A DNA stretch of 64,000 nt, from contig CM075996.1 in the NCBI GenBank assembly GCA_038087875.1, forward strand, positions 9,054,001-9,118,000, read 5' to 3'. The first letter of the stretch is position 1; the number at the start of each line of letters is the position of its first letter. This document shows positions 26,300 to 38,894 of this stretch, piece after piece. The DNA is from Malacoraja senta (taxonomy: Eukaryota). The notes below the pieces were generated by a model that saw nothing but the letters and a program-made list of their open reading frames with translations, did not search any database and was not told the origin of the DNA. A program made the position numbers and the translations under genes.

Positions 26300-27190
26300 C
26301 ATAGAAACATAGAAACATAGACAATAGGTGCAGGAGTAGGCCATTCGGCCCTTCGAGCCTGCACCGCCATTCAATATAATCATGGCTGATCATCCAACTC
26401 AGTATCCCATACCTGCCTTCTCTCCATACCCCCTGATCCCTTTAGCCACAAGGGCCACATCTAACTCCCTCTTAAATATAGCCAATGAACTGGCCTCAAC
26501 TACCCTCTGTGGCAGAGAGTTCCAGAGATTCACCACTCTCTGTGTGAAAAAAAATGTTCTCATCTCGGTCCTAAAAGCTTCCCCCTTATCCTTAAACTGT
26601 GACCCCTTGTCCTGGGACTTCCTCAACATCGGGAACAATCTTCCTGCATCTAGCCTGTCCAACCCTTAAGAATTTTGTAAGTTTCTATAAGATCCCCCCC
26701 TCAATCTTCTAAATTCCAACGAGTACAAGCCGAGTCTATCCAGTCTTTCTTCATATGAAAGTCCTGCCATCCCAGGAATCAGTCTGTTGAACCTTCTCTG
26801 TACTCCCTCTATGTCAAGAATGTCTATTCTCAGATTAGGAGACCAAAACTGTACGCAATACTCCAGGTGTGGTCTCACCAAGGCCCTGTACAACTGCAGT
26901 AGAACCTCCCTGCTCCTATACTCAATCCTTTTGCTATGAATGCTAACATACCATTCGCTTTCTTCACTGCCTGCTGCACCTGCATGCCTACTCTCAATGA
27001 CTGGTGTACCATGACACCCAGATCTCATTGCATCTCCCCTTTTCCTAATCGGCCACCATTCAGATAATAGTCTACTTTCCTGTTCTTGCCACCAAAGTGG
27101 ATAACCTCACATTTATCCACATTATACTGCAATCTGCCATGCATTTGCCCACTCACCCAACCTATCCAAGTCACCTTGCAGCCTCCTAGC
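26300..27190 (-). mobile_element. CR1 LINE, 5'-truncated
   Basis: [12 protein letters not shown]...[19 protein letters not shown]...LWNSLPQ. Confidence 0.93.
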
Positions 27191-27327
27191 ATATAACATA
27201 GAATAGCACAGCACAGGAACATGGCTTCCTGCCACAATGTCTGTGCCAAACAATGATGCCAAGTTCAATTAATCTCCTCTGACTGCACAAGATCCACGTC
27301 CCTTTGTACCCTGCATGTACATTTTGC

Positions 27328-27725
27328 CTCTTCGGATCCGTTACCTTGTCGTGGTGAAGAGGCTTGCGTGCCCCCATGATTTCGAGAGCGATGCCGTCGG
27401 AAGCACCAGGGCCACCCATGGCGGTAAGGTCGAGGATGAGGGTCCAGACTAAGAACAATCCAACGTACAAGACCTCAACGGTGGACCAAGCTATCTTGAA
27501 CTCAATGGCTGTGAAGGCGGATGAAGGCCGCAACAGATCTATCAGCTCCAATCGTCTTGGTTCCCTTGCCATTGGAATGAGTTGATTGATTTGTGAAGGA
27601 CGGTGTGCTTCTTGGAGTGCAACATCAAGTACACGTTAAACAACACACGCACAGGCGTCTTCCTTCTGTGAGCAGAAAAACAACGGAACGTAGACCATCC
27701 TCGCGCTCGAGGGATAGCCAAGACG
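27328..27725 (+). mobile_element. RTE-derived short non-autonomous element
   Basis: Starts ccttgtcgtggtgaagaggcttgcgtg...atga....gagagcgatgcc, typical of RTE/BovB-type 5'UTRs. Inserted into an old CR1 tail. Confidence 0.55.
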
Positions 27726-28186
27726 GCATGTCCATGCGCCTATCCAAACGCCTCTTAAATGTCACATCAGCTTCCACCACCACCCCTGGCAGCATGTTCC
27801 AGCCACCCACCACTCTCTGTGAAAAAAAACCTCACCTGCACATCTCCTTTAAACTTTGCACCTCTCACTTTAAGTGATGCCCTCTACTTATTGACAATTC
27901 CACCCTGGGAAAGGGCTCTGACTGTATATCTTATCTACACTTCTAATAATTTAACATCAGGTTTCACCTCAACCTTCGATGCTCCAGAGAAAAGAAGCGT
28001 TATACACACACGCATCATTCACACACGACCACGGTTACCGTTATACCTCCGTTGCCCGCGATCAAAGTGATACCAACACCCAACACAGTCACACTCAGAG
28101 AGGCACTGCTGGACCAGAAGCCTCAGTAGACATTTTCTGTCTGTAGTCTGAAATTCTGGGTCCACGCAGCACAGTGTTAGATTATA

Positions 28187-28375
28187 TCTAGATATTACTA
28201 AAACTCTCTTCTTGACCACTTCCTGTCTGCGTTGTAATTAAATTTGCAGAAAAATGATCCCCCATAGCGCAACGATTTTTCGCCACCTTACTCACCATTC
28301 TCCTCTGCTACAAGTCAAATAAGCTTTGTTCTGATCGGTGAAATAGTACATGAGTTATGAAGGTTTTGATGGGTC
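28187..28375 (+). mobile_element. Possible Helitron-like 5' end
   Basis: a|TCTAGATATTACTAAAA start, like non-autonomous Helitron 5' termini. No 3' CTAG end was found for this copy. Confidence 0.3.
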
Positions 28376-30474
28376 CCCCTCCCCCACCCTACCCCCCCTC
28401 TGCCACAGCCCCCCCTCCCCCCACACCCACCCTCTCCCCCTCTCCCCACACACCCCCTCCCCCCACACCCTCTCCCCCACAAACAACTCTCCCCCCACAC
28501 CCTCCCTCCCCCCGCCCCACTCCCCCACCCTCAACACCCCCCTCCCCACACCCCCCTCCCCCACACCCCCTCCCCCACACCCGCTCCCCCACCCCCCTCC
28601 TCCCCCACACCCCCCTCCCCCACCCCCCCACACACCCCCTCCCCCACCCCCCCTCCCCCACAGGATTCGATCCTGTTCGCTGGCTCTATTTGTGTGGTGT
28701 TTGCACCTCCTCCCTGTCACTGCACGGGTACCCCCCCCCCCCCCCCACCCCCACCACCAAATCGAAGGTAGACAAAAAATGCTGGAGAAACTCAGCGGGT
28801 GAGGCAGCATCTATGAAGGATACATCCTTCACTCCATAGATGCTGCCTCACCCGCTGAGTTTCTCCAGCATTTGTGTCCACTTTCACATGTGCTTTCATA
28901 CTCCTCAACCGTTGCATCCACATTAATTAATGCTCAGCGTCTGAAGAAGAATCCATTCCCTCCCCAGATGCCGCCTGACTCACTGGTTTACTCGGGCACT
29001 TGGTGTTTTACTGAAACATTCACCGATTTGATTGCACTCGGATTGTCACCGACACTCACATTCATTCACTCTCATGCTCACATCAGTTGTAACCACCCCC
29101 ACATCCAGCACAGTCTCTTCACATGAGGCTGGCTGGATGCAGAACATCAAGCGGAGCTGTTCAAACATTGACAAACGCAGGCACACTGACACAAGTTCTG
29201 TTCAAGCATTAGTGAGTCACAGCGCTATAAAGTAAGGTCACTGCCCCTTCTTTGATCCAACTTTTCCAATACAATCAAATTGACATTCTAGGCTCGCCCC
29301 ATTTGCCTGCATTTGGCCCCTATCCCTCTAAACCCTTCTATACATCTATACATCAGTTCAAATGTCATTTGAAAGTCATAATTGTAGCGGCTTCCATAGC
29401 TTCCACTGGCAGCTCATTTCAGATATGGACTACCAAGTCAAGTCAAGTCAAGTCAAGTTTATTGTCATGTGTCCCAGATAGGTCAATGAAAGTCTTGCTT
29501 GCTGCAGCACAACAGAATATTGTAGTCATAAATACAGATCAGTTCAGTTCAATATACACCTAAATAAGCAGATAAAGTGCAATAGGCTGTTACAGTTCAG
29601 AGTCTGTTTGTTGGCGAGTTTAATAGCCTGATGGCTGTGGGGACAGTTGCTCCTGAGGTCCCTCTTAATTGCGCCCTTAAATCTCCCTCCTCTCACTTTA
29701 TGCCTTTGTCCTCTAGTTTTTGAATTCTCTACTCTGGGAAAAAGACTGTGAGGTTTACTTTATACATGATCCTCCCTCCTGATGATCTGAGGAGGACTGG
29801 CTGAACGTTGTTGCCTTCCACCACAGTGAAGAATGTTGTGGTGGATGTTTGTGTACAATTGTTATTGTGTACTGTGTGTTCTTTTTAAGTGTATCGCTGC
29901 TGGCAAATTCATTTCACTGCACCTTCGGGTGCATGTCACGAATAAAATTGACTTTGACTTAATAAGGTCACCCTTCAGCCTCCTAAGCGCCAAAGAAAAA
30001 TGTTTCAGAGTACCCGGTCTCACCCTGTAGCTGAAGCCCACACGTCCGGGTAACAAGCTAGTGAATCTCTTGTGCAACCTTTCATGGCAGTGCGGATGGG
30101 GCATCTTGGTCGACATGGACAAGTTTGGGACGAAGGATCTGTTTCCCTGCTGTACGGCATTTTTCCATATTCAAGCATTAACAAACACAGTCACGCGGAT
30201 GCAGGCTGTGCCCAAGCATTGACGAACAGTGGCGCAGCTGGTAGAGCTGCTGCCTCACAGCGCCAGAGACCCACCCGGGTTGGATCGTGACCTCGGGTGC
30301 TGTCTGTGTGGAGTTTGCACGTTCTCCCTGTGACGGCGTCGTTTTCCTCTGTATGCTCTGGTTTCCTCCCACATCTACAAGATGTGCAGGTTTGGAGGTT
30401 AGTTGGCCTCAATGAATTGCCCCTAGTGGAAGAGAAAGTGCATAACATAGAACTAGTGTGAACCGATGATCTCA

Positions 30475-30774
30475 AAGGCCTGTCCCACTTACGCCATTAT
30501 TTTTCGGCGACGGGTACCCGTCAATCAATCAATCAATCAATTTATTCATCACATACACGACTCTTTGGGCGACTACTCACGACCATACAGGCGCCACGTG
30601 TCGACATATTGCAGGGTGACGCCTGTATGGTCGTGAGTTAGTCGCCCAAAGAGTCGTACCTTTTTCTGGTCGCCGCTTGGTTTTCAACATGTTGAACATT
30701 TTCGGAGACCTGCTGCGACTGTGACGGGTGCCGGCAAGTCGCTGAAAAAAAAACGGGTAAATGGGACAGGCCCT
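30475..30774. mobile_element. Harbinger-type MITE nested in a V-SINE
   Basis: TIR GGCCTGTCCCACTTAC / GTAAATGGGACAGGCC. Confidence 0.8.
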
Positions 30775-31134
30775 ATAGGTCAGCGAGGTCTCGGTGGGCC
30801 GAAGGGCCTGTTTCCATGCTGTATCCCTAAACTAAAGTAAAACACCGTCAAATGGGGACGGGCCCTCATCGGTCATTGACACACGCAGCCAGATAGCTGT
30901 CTAAGTTTAACAACATGCAACGTTTAAAAGGTATTTGGACAGGACTACTATAGAAGGATACGGACCTCATGCAAGCAAATAGGATTGGGTAGACTTCACT
31001 GCCTGCATGAACGAGTTGGGCTGAAAGGCCTGATTCTGCTGCTTGCAATTCAGTGTCCTCTATGAATCTGGTCATTGGCCCTGATACATGCAGTCGGATG
31101 GCCATGGGTCCTGCTCGGGGGGATTAAGGCCAAG

Positions 31135-31334
31135 NNNNNNNNNNNNNNNNNNNNNNNNNNNNNNNNNNNNNNNNNNNNNNNNNNNNNNNNNNNNNNNNNN
31201 NNNNNNNNNNNNNNNNNNNNNNNNNNNNNNNNNNNNNNNNNNNNNNNNNNNNNNNNNNNNNNNNNNNNNNNNNNNNNNNNNNNNNNNNNNNNNNNNNNNN
31301 NNNNNNNNNNNNNNNNNNNNNNNNNNNNNNNNNN
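31135..31334. other. Assembly gap (200 N)
   Basis: Run of N. Confidence 1.
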
Positions 31335-31859
31335 GGGTTTTGTGTGTTCCGTTGCTTTTTATTCGTTATGGCAACTGAAATTCCTCATATGTTGCAAAGC
31401 GTACTTGGCTAATAAAGTATTATTGTATTGTGTTGTATTGTATTGTATTGTACCACATGGTCAACCCAATCCCTGTCCAGTATAAGCCACAGATGTAGGC
31501 TCCCTTTGTTCAGTCTCTGCAGCCAGGGTGGCGTAAGATCACACAGCATGAAAACAGGCTATTTGATTCACCACGTCTACGCTGAACGTCAACCTAAGAC
31601 TATCCCATTGTTTATTCTGCATGCTTACTCATCACCTCACCCAGAGTCCACCAACCATCGGCACACTAGGGGCAAATTTGAGTGGCCAATTAACCTACAA
31701 ACCTGTACATATTTGGGAAATGGGAGGAAACAGGAGCTCCTAGGGGAGACCGACGTGGTCACAATGAGGACATGCAAACTCCACACAGACGGCACTGGAA
31801 GTCAGGATTGAACCCGGGTCACTGGACCGATGAGGCAGTAGCTCTACAATCTGCATCAA

Positions 31860-32064
31860 TAGACAATAGACAATAAACAATAGGTGCAGGAGTAGGCCAT
31901 TCGGCCCTTCGAGCCAGCACCGCCATTCAATGTGATCATGGCTGATCATCCCCAATCAGTACCCCGTTCCTGCCTTCTCCCCATATCCCCTGACTCCGCT
32001 ATCTTTAAGAGCCCTATCTAGCTCTCTCTTGAAAGCATCCAGAGAACCGGCCTCCACCGCCCTC
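31860..32064 (-). mobile_element. CR1 LINE 3' end
   Basis: RAVEAGSLDAFKRELDRAL...GY and a gacaata tail. Confidence 0.88.
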
Positions 32065-33123
32065 TCCACATCACTCTTCCACCGCCTGCTTGCTTCTTCT
32101 CCTGTGGTATCTCCTGCCATTTGGATCTCCCCGCTCCAGTGTCGGTCGACAATTTTCTCTTCCTCGAATTGTAGCACAGGGTCACTAAATCTGGCAAAGA
32201 AACTGGTGTGGTGCCAGAATAGCTGAGTGCGCTTTCTCCTCGGCGTTAACCCTTACCTGCTCCGGCAACAGGGAGCCACAGGTATGGCAGAGCAGAGATG
32301 AGGTTCCGATTTACAGCAGGATACACCGCCCGAATGGAAATATTCCTCCGGGTTCCCATTCCACTGCCCAGCAGAAAGGGAGCCAGTGTTGAAACACTCC
32401 AGCATCAGTCTAAGAGCTTTGGCACGACACCAACTCCAGGAATCTCCCGTATGAGAGGGGCCCGTTCACAAGAGCAAGGCAGACGTGAACAGGTGGGTGT
32501 GAGCAGACATTTGCAAACATCAGATAGACTCCAATCTCAGCAAAATTTATTCCTTCGCATCGAGATTTCTTCAGAAGTCTTTGAATGTCAAACTTGATTC
32601 ATCAGAGAGAAGATGGTACTTAAAAGGATATATTATTCCAAGGCCCAGTGGAATGGGATGAGCAAGAACACTCTTGACCTGGTGACTCTATGAACAACCC
32701 CTGTACAATAATCCTTCTGTGATCCTCTGGAGGGTCCCAGAAAGGGTTCACAGATGCTGGGTTCACAGCCAGTAATCATCATCTCAAACAATCTGCTCTC
32801 CTTATTTTACTGTAGAGTTCTTGAATGGAAACAGACCCTTCGGCCCACCGAGTCTGCACCACCCAGTACACTTGCACTATCTTACACACCAAGGACAATT
32901 TACAGATGCCATTTAACCTACAATCCAGTATGTCTTCGGAGTGTGGGAGGAAACCAGAGCACCCGGAGAAAACCCACGCAGTCACACGTAGAACACACTA
33001 AGGGCTCTAAGGGTTGTGGGTGTATGGAACGAGCTGCCCAGAGGAGATAGTTGTGGCAGGTACTATCATAGCGTTCAAGAAACATTTAGACAGGTACATG
33101 GATAGGATACGTTTAGAGGAGAT

Positions 33124-33560
33124 AATAGACAATAGGTGCAGGAGTTGGGCATTCGGCCCTTCGAGCCAGCACCGCCATTCAATGTGATCATGGCTGATCA
33201 TCCCCAATCAGTACCCCGTTCCTGCCTTCTCCCCATATCCCTGACTCCGCTATTTTTAAGAGCCGTATCTAGCTCTCTCTTGAAAGTATCCAGAGAACCG
33301 GCCTCCACCGGCAGAGAATTCCACAGACTCACCACTCTCTGTGAGAAAAAGTGTTTCCTCGTCTCCGTTCTAAATGGCTTACCCCTTCTTCTTAAACTGT
33401 GGCCCCTGGTTCTGGACTCCCCCGACATCGGGAACATGTTTCCTGCCTCTAGCGTGTCCAAACCCTTAACAATCTTATATGTTTCAATGAGATCCCCTCT
33501 CATCCTTCTAAACTCCGGAGTGTACAAGCCCAGCCGCTCCATTCTCTCAGCATATGACAG
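33124..33560 (-). mobile_element. CR1 LINE 3' fragment nested in an older CR1
   Basis: [24 protein letters not shown]...LWNSLP. Confidence 0.9.
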
Positions 33561-34849
33561 ATATGGGACAAAGACAGGCAGGTGGGACTAGTATAGATGG
33601 GGCAAGTTGGGCGGAAGAGCCTGTTTTCACGCTGTATGACTCTTTGACCGTGTCCTGGTTTGTTTGCTCCTGGCCCTGCCAAGCTGGCCATTCGCGGGTA
33701 AAGGTGGCAGGCAGACGAGGGCTCTGCCCCCTTTCTGGGGATCTGTCCGTGCCCGGATGTCCCTTGAAAAAGAAAATAGGGTGGGCACTGGCACTATGGA
33801 GGCGTTCCGGACCGTTGGCTGGTGCCGCGGGAGATTGAACGTATCCTGGTTCAGGATTGTAATACGATGAAATTGATGTTTAAGTGTTTGAAATTCACAA
33901 TAGCCTGGTGTTTCGAAGGTGAGTTTTGGACCTGTCCTTCTCCCGTTAAGGATCTGTGAGTGGACCCTCCATGTCCCTCTGTCCTTCACACCAGTCAACA
34001 TCCTTCCATCTTTTCCTTCGTCTCGCTGCACCATCCCAAACGCAATACCTCACCCTCCGCTAGATTACATTGCATTTCCCACTGATCAGTGCATCTGTAC
34101 CTCCCTACCGAGTGACTCATTCCTATTTATATAATCTTCAAGCTTTCTTTGCCACACCCCCTACATATAGACTGAGATCGTTAATATCCAGTACACACTG
34201 CACGGCTCTAAACTCCCGATCACCACTGCTAACATCCTTCCTGTCACTATAGTTCAGTTTAGTTCCGAGATACAGCAAGGAAGCAGGCCGTTCGGCCAGC
34301 CGTGTCCACGTCGACCATCGATCCCCCTAGTTCTGTGTTCTTCCACCTTTTCCCCCACTCTCTCTACACACTAAGGAGCAATTCGCAGAGGCCAATTAAC
34401 CTACAAATCCACACATCTTTGGGATGTGGGAGGAAACCGGAGTACCCGGCGGAAACCCACGCCGTCACAGGGAGACGCAACACAAGGTCGGAATTGAGCC
34501 CCGGGTCCCTGGCGCTGTGAGGCAGCAGCTCTACCCGCTGCACCACTGTGCCGCACTGGCAACCATTACACTCTGCTTCTTGCCACTGAGCCAGCTTTGT
34601 AGTCAATTGCCACTCTCCTTTAGATCCCATGGTTTTTTTAATTATTTTTTGACATGAAGCACCTTATCAAAAGTCCCACCATATAAACCACGTGAAATAT
34701 ATCACCCTCATCAATCCTCCTTCTTACCCCCCTCACAGAATTCTGTCAGGTTGATCAAACACTACTTTTATTTAACAACTTCATGCTCAGTCCCTGATTA
34801 TCCATAATTTTCCACATGAAGGTTTATCCAGTCCTTCAATTGCTTCCAA

Positions 34850-35882
34850 ACGAGTTGACACTGTCCTTAATCACAGGGGCGCTGAAGTCAACACCTTTGC
34901 AGTGGCTCCCTGTCCTCTCTCATATCGCCCCTCCCAGCATACGCAGACGATTCAAGAGTCAAGATTCAAGAGAGTTTATTGTCATGTGCCCCAGATAGGA
35001 CAATGAAATTCTTGCTTTGCTTCAGCACAACAGAACATAGTAGGCATGAATAATACAGAAGACATCAGTGTGACCATATACCAATGAATATATATATATA
35101 TATATACACAGAAATAAGCAGATAAAGTGCAATGGGCTATTAACGATCAGAGTTTTGTTTTGAGTTGAGTTTAATAGCCTGATGGCTGTGGGGAAGTGGC
35201 TATTCCTGAACCAGGATGTTGCAGATTTCAGGTTCCTGTTCCTTCTACCTGAAGGTAGCGGGGAGATGAGTGTGTGGCCAGGATGGTGTGGGTCCTTGAT
35301 GATGCTGCCAGCCTTTGTGAGGCAGCGACTGTGATAGATCCCCTCGATGGTAGGGGAGGTCAGAGCCGATGATGGACTGGGCAGTGTTTACAAGGGAGAG
35401 GATGTTGAACGATTGGTACACCATCGAGGCTGACCCTGACCTTCCCATCAACGCTGACTAGAACAATCTGCCCAACATGCGCCTGAAGTCCCGCAAACCC
35501 TTCTGGTCTTGCGTTAAATACCTGGAAGACTTCGACTCCCAAGACTGAGTGGCGCAGAGCCTGGAGAGATGCCAGCACCAACAATGGAGAGGTCTTCACA
35601 GACCCCACAGTGAAACCACCGGGTTTTGACCTCCATCGCAAGCAATGGCTAACCCTGAACAGAATCCGCACCCTCCGTGCAAGAACAGCCCGTGCAAGGG
35701 CAGACATCACTGCTTGCGACTGCGGACATCCAGACCAGACCATCCCACACATCGTGAATAATTGCCCACTGAGGCTTTTCCCTGGGGGCATCAAGGCCAT
35801 CGACCCAGTAACTGATGCTGTCCTGGCCTGGATGTCTACTCTTGATCTACAACTTTAGGCTGTGCACGCCACACGCAAGAAG
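34850..35882 (+). mobile_element. RTE/RTEX-clade LINE C-terminus, split by a Rex1 insertion
   Basis: ITGALKSTPLQWLPVLSHIAPPSIRR ... PPGFDLHRKQWLTLNRIRT...CDCGHPDQTIPHIVNNCP...WMSTLDLQL*, including a C-terminal Cys/His knuckle. Confidence 0.8.
34951..35392 (-). mobile_element. Rex1/Babar-type LINE 3' fragment
   Basis: VNTAQSIIGSDLP...RCLTKAGSIIKDPHHPGH...PTAIRLLN, then gacaataaa and a tcttgaa-type tail. Tail fragments also at ~500-600, ~6565-6665 and ~29435-29645. Confidence 0.8.
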
Positions 35883-37299
35883 CTTCCAACACATTATCAA
35901 AATGAAATGACTTCATTTATCCCTTCCTTCCTCTTTAAACATTGTGCAATATCATTATTTCTCCATTCTCTCCCGTCAGCCCTGTTACTCAAGATTGTTA
36001 AAGAATAATGGTCCCAGCCTCTGCTTTAGACCTCAGACTATAGACAGCTCGGAAACGGGCCATTTAGCCCACCGAGTTGGCGCCGACCAGCGATCACCCC
36101 GAACACCAGTTCAATCCTACACACACGAGGGACAATTTACAAATGTTTATCGAAGGCAATTAACCTACAAAACATGCACATCTTTGGAATGTGGGAGGAA
36201 ACCGGAGCACCCGGAGAAAGCCCACGCAGTCATAGGGAGAATGTACAAACTTCGTACAGACAGCATCTGTAGTCAGGATTGAACCCGGGTCTCTGGCGCT
36301 GTGAGGCAGCAACTCCTTCTGCTACTGCTCACTGCTACTTTCTCTATTGCTTCTCATTAACAAACTGGGCCTGCTGAGTAATCTACTTTCAAAATTACTC
36401 ACACCTTCCCCTTCACCTATGTATATCCCATCCAATGTCTCATTCCTGCTTCTGCCTTAATTGCCTTTCTTGAGGTCCTCTGAGGGAGCGCTGTATGTAT
36501 TTATGTATGTATGTATTGTTAGATCTATGTACCACTGTATGTTGCACGTTAGTACCTGCACTGATGTAAAGTACTTTGGTCAACGAGAGTTGTTTTTAAA
36601 TGTGCTATAGAAATAAAATTGACTTGACTTGACTTAATTAAAAATTGATATCTCCCCCTCTTTCATGAACAAAGCCACAAACTCGAACCCACATCCTCCA
36701 TCTCTTCACACTGATTGTTGTGCAATGCAGGAAGTCACGCTGCAAGTTCATGAAGCTCAGGGCCTGGCCACCGCTTCGAGTATTGTGTTCAGTTCTGGTC
36801 ACCAGAATATGGGAAGGATGTGCAGGCATTGGAGGCGGTCCAGCAGACGTTTACCAGAATTGTTCCTTGGGATGAAAAATGGATCGGAGAGGCCAGGGCT
36901 GTTTTCTTCAGGGAAGGCTGAAAGAAGACCTGCTGGAGGTGTCTCAGGTGGTGCGAGGTCTGGCAAGGATGAAGAAGGGAATGCTCTTCCCTAGGTGGAG
37001 CAGTCGAGGCATGAGGTCACAGCTGTAACATCAAAGGGAAGGGGATTGAGAATGACATAAGGAGAAACTTATTTTTGACGCAATGTGTAGTTGGAAGTTG
37101 GAAGACAATAGACAATAATAATAATAATAATAATCATTTTATTTACTGGCGCCTTTCTAAAACCCAAGGACACCTTACAATGCATAGAATCACAACAAAA
37201 CAGAAAACACATAATCGGAATAAATTAAATAAGAAAACACCACAGTACACAAATCAAGGACAGAATTCAATTTCAAAAGCACCAAAAGAAAATAAGAAA

Positions 37300-37840
37300 C
37301 ACAATAGGTGCAGGAGTAGGCCATTCGGCCCATCGAGCCAGCACCGCCATTCAATGTGATCATGGCTGATCATCCCCAATCAGTAACCCGTTCCTGCCTT
37401 CTCCCCAGATCCCCTGACTCCGCTATTTTTAAGAGCCCTATCTAGCTTTCTCTTGAAAGCATCCAGAGAACCGGCCTCCACCGCCCTCTGAGGCAGAGAA
37501 TTCCACAGACTCACAACTCTCTGTGAGAAAAAGTGTTTCCTCGTCTCCGTTCTAAATGGCTATCACACCTTATTCTTAAACTGTGGCCCCTGGTTCTGGA
37601 CTCCCCCAACATCGGGAACATGTTTCCTGCCTCTAGTGCGTCCAAGCCCTTAACAATCTTATATGTTTCAATGAGATATCCTCTCATCCTTCTAAACTCC
37701 AGAGTGTACAAGCCCAGCTGCTCCATTCTCTCAGCATATGACAGTCCCGCCATCCCGGGAATTAACCTTGTAAACCTACGCTGCACTCCCTCAATAGCAA
37801 GAATGTCCGTCCTCAAATTAGGGGACCAAAACTGCACACA
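37300..37840 (-). mobile_element. CR1 LINE 3' fragment
   Basis: [28 protein letters not shown]... Confidence 0.92.
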
Positions 37841-38894
37841 AGACGGCGCCTACAGATATGGTGGAAGCAGGTTGCACTTCAAATGGAACTAGAAATCGGA
37901 CCAAGGGAGACAACTGGAGAGATAGTCTGGCAGAGACCGGACCCACAATGGGCCAAATGGCCTCATTCTGCGTTGTACCTATTCCATTATTTGATGACTA
38001 ATCTGAGATGGAGATCTTAGTCCTTCCTTGGTCATGCTTTTGCCTTTTACAGGGTGATAAAGTCAGAGTCGTACAACATGGAAACAGGCCCTTTGGTGAA
38101 ACTCATCCATGCCGACCCGATGCCTCTAAGCTCGTCCCATTTACCTGCGTTACACCCAGCACCCTCTCAACCTTCTCTATCCATGTACTTGTCTAAACGT
38201 CTTTTAAATATTGTTATTGTTCCAGCCTCCACTACTTCCTCTGGCAACTCATTCCATAACTCAAGCAGCCTCTATGTGAAGAACTTGCCCCTCAAGTCCC
38301 ATTTAAATCTTTCCACTTACCTTAAACCTCTGTCCACTAGTTCTGGGGAAAAGACTGCATTCATCCTATCCATGTCCCTCATGACTTAAAACATCTCCAG
38401 AAAATGATCCATCAGTCTCCTCTCCTCCTCGACTCTCCAACCTCTCCCTATATCTCAGGCTCTCAAATCCTTCAGCATTCTGGAAATTAAGCGCTTGGAT
38501 TTTATTTGATCGTACTCGCCAGTGTTTCTTTGGACTTAATCTTTGCTTTCCCTGTGTTCCTTTTGTTTCACTGCCACTTTCCAGTAAAATATAACCTTTA
38601 GACCAGGAAGCCCAGTTGCCTTGCATGGGCTCTTGAAAAATCAGTTCAAATAAGCCCATGTGTAAGGAGAGCTTTTCTGAAGATCCACCTCTTTATCATT
38701 TCTCCAAACAACGAGGGCGGCACGGTGGCGCATCGGTAGAGTTGTTGCCTTAAAGCGCTTGCAACACCGGAGAACCAGGTTCAATCCCGACTATGGGTGC
38801 TGTCCGTACGGAGTTGGTACGTTCTCCGTGTGACCTGCGTGGGTTTTCTCCAAGATCTTCGGTTTCCTCCCACACTCCAAAGATGTACAGGTTT

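Noticed and set aside
28350..28839. Pro-rich and Gly-rich ORFs (also ~9430-10110, 41627-42106, 50799-51428)
   Set aside because: Translations of C-rich low-complexity tracts.
32298..32597. 99-aa ATG-initiated plus-strand ORF
   Set aside because: No recognisable domain or supporting gene structure, and the length is compatible with chance.
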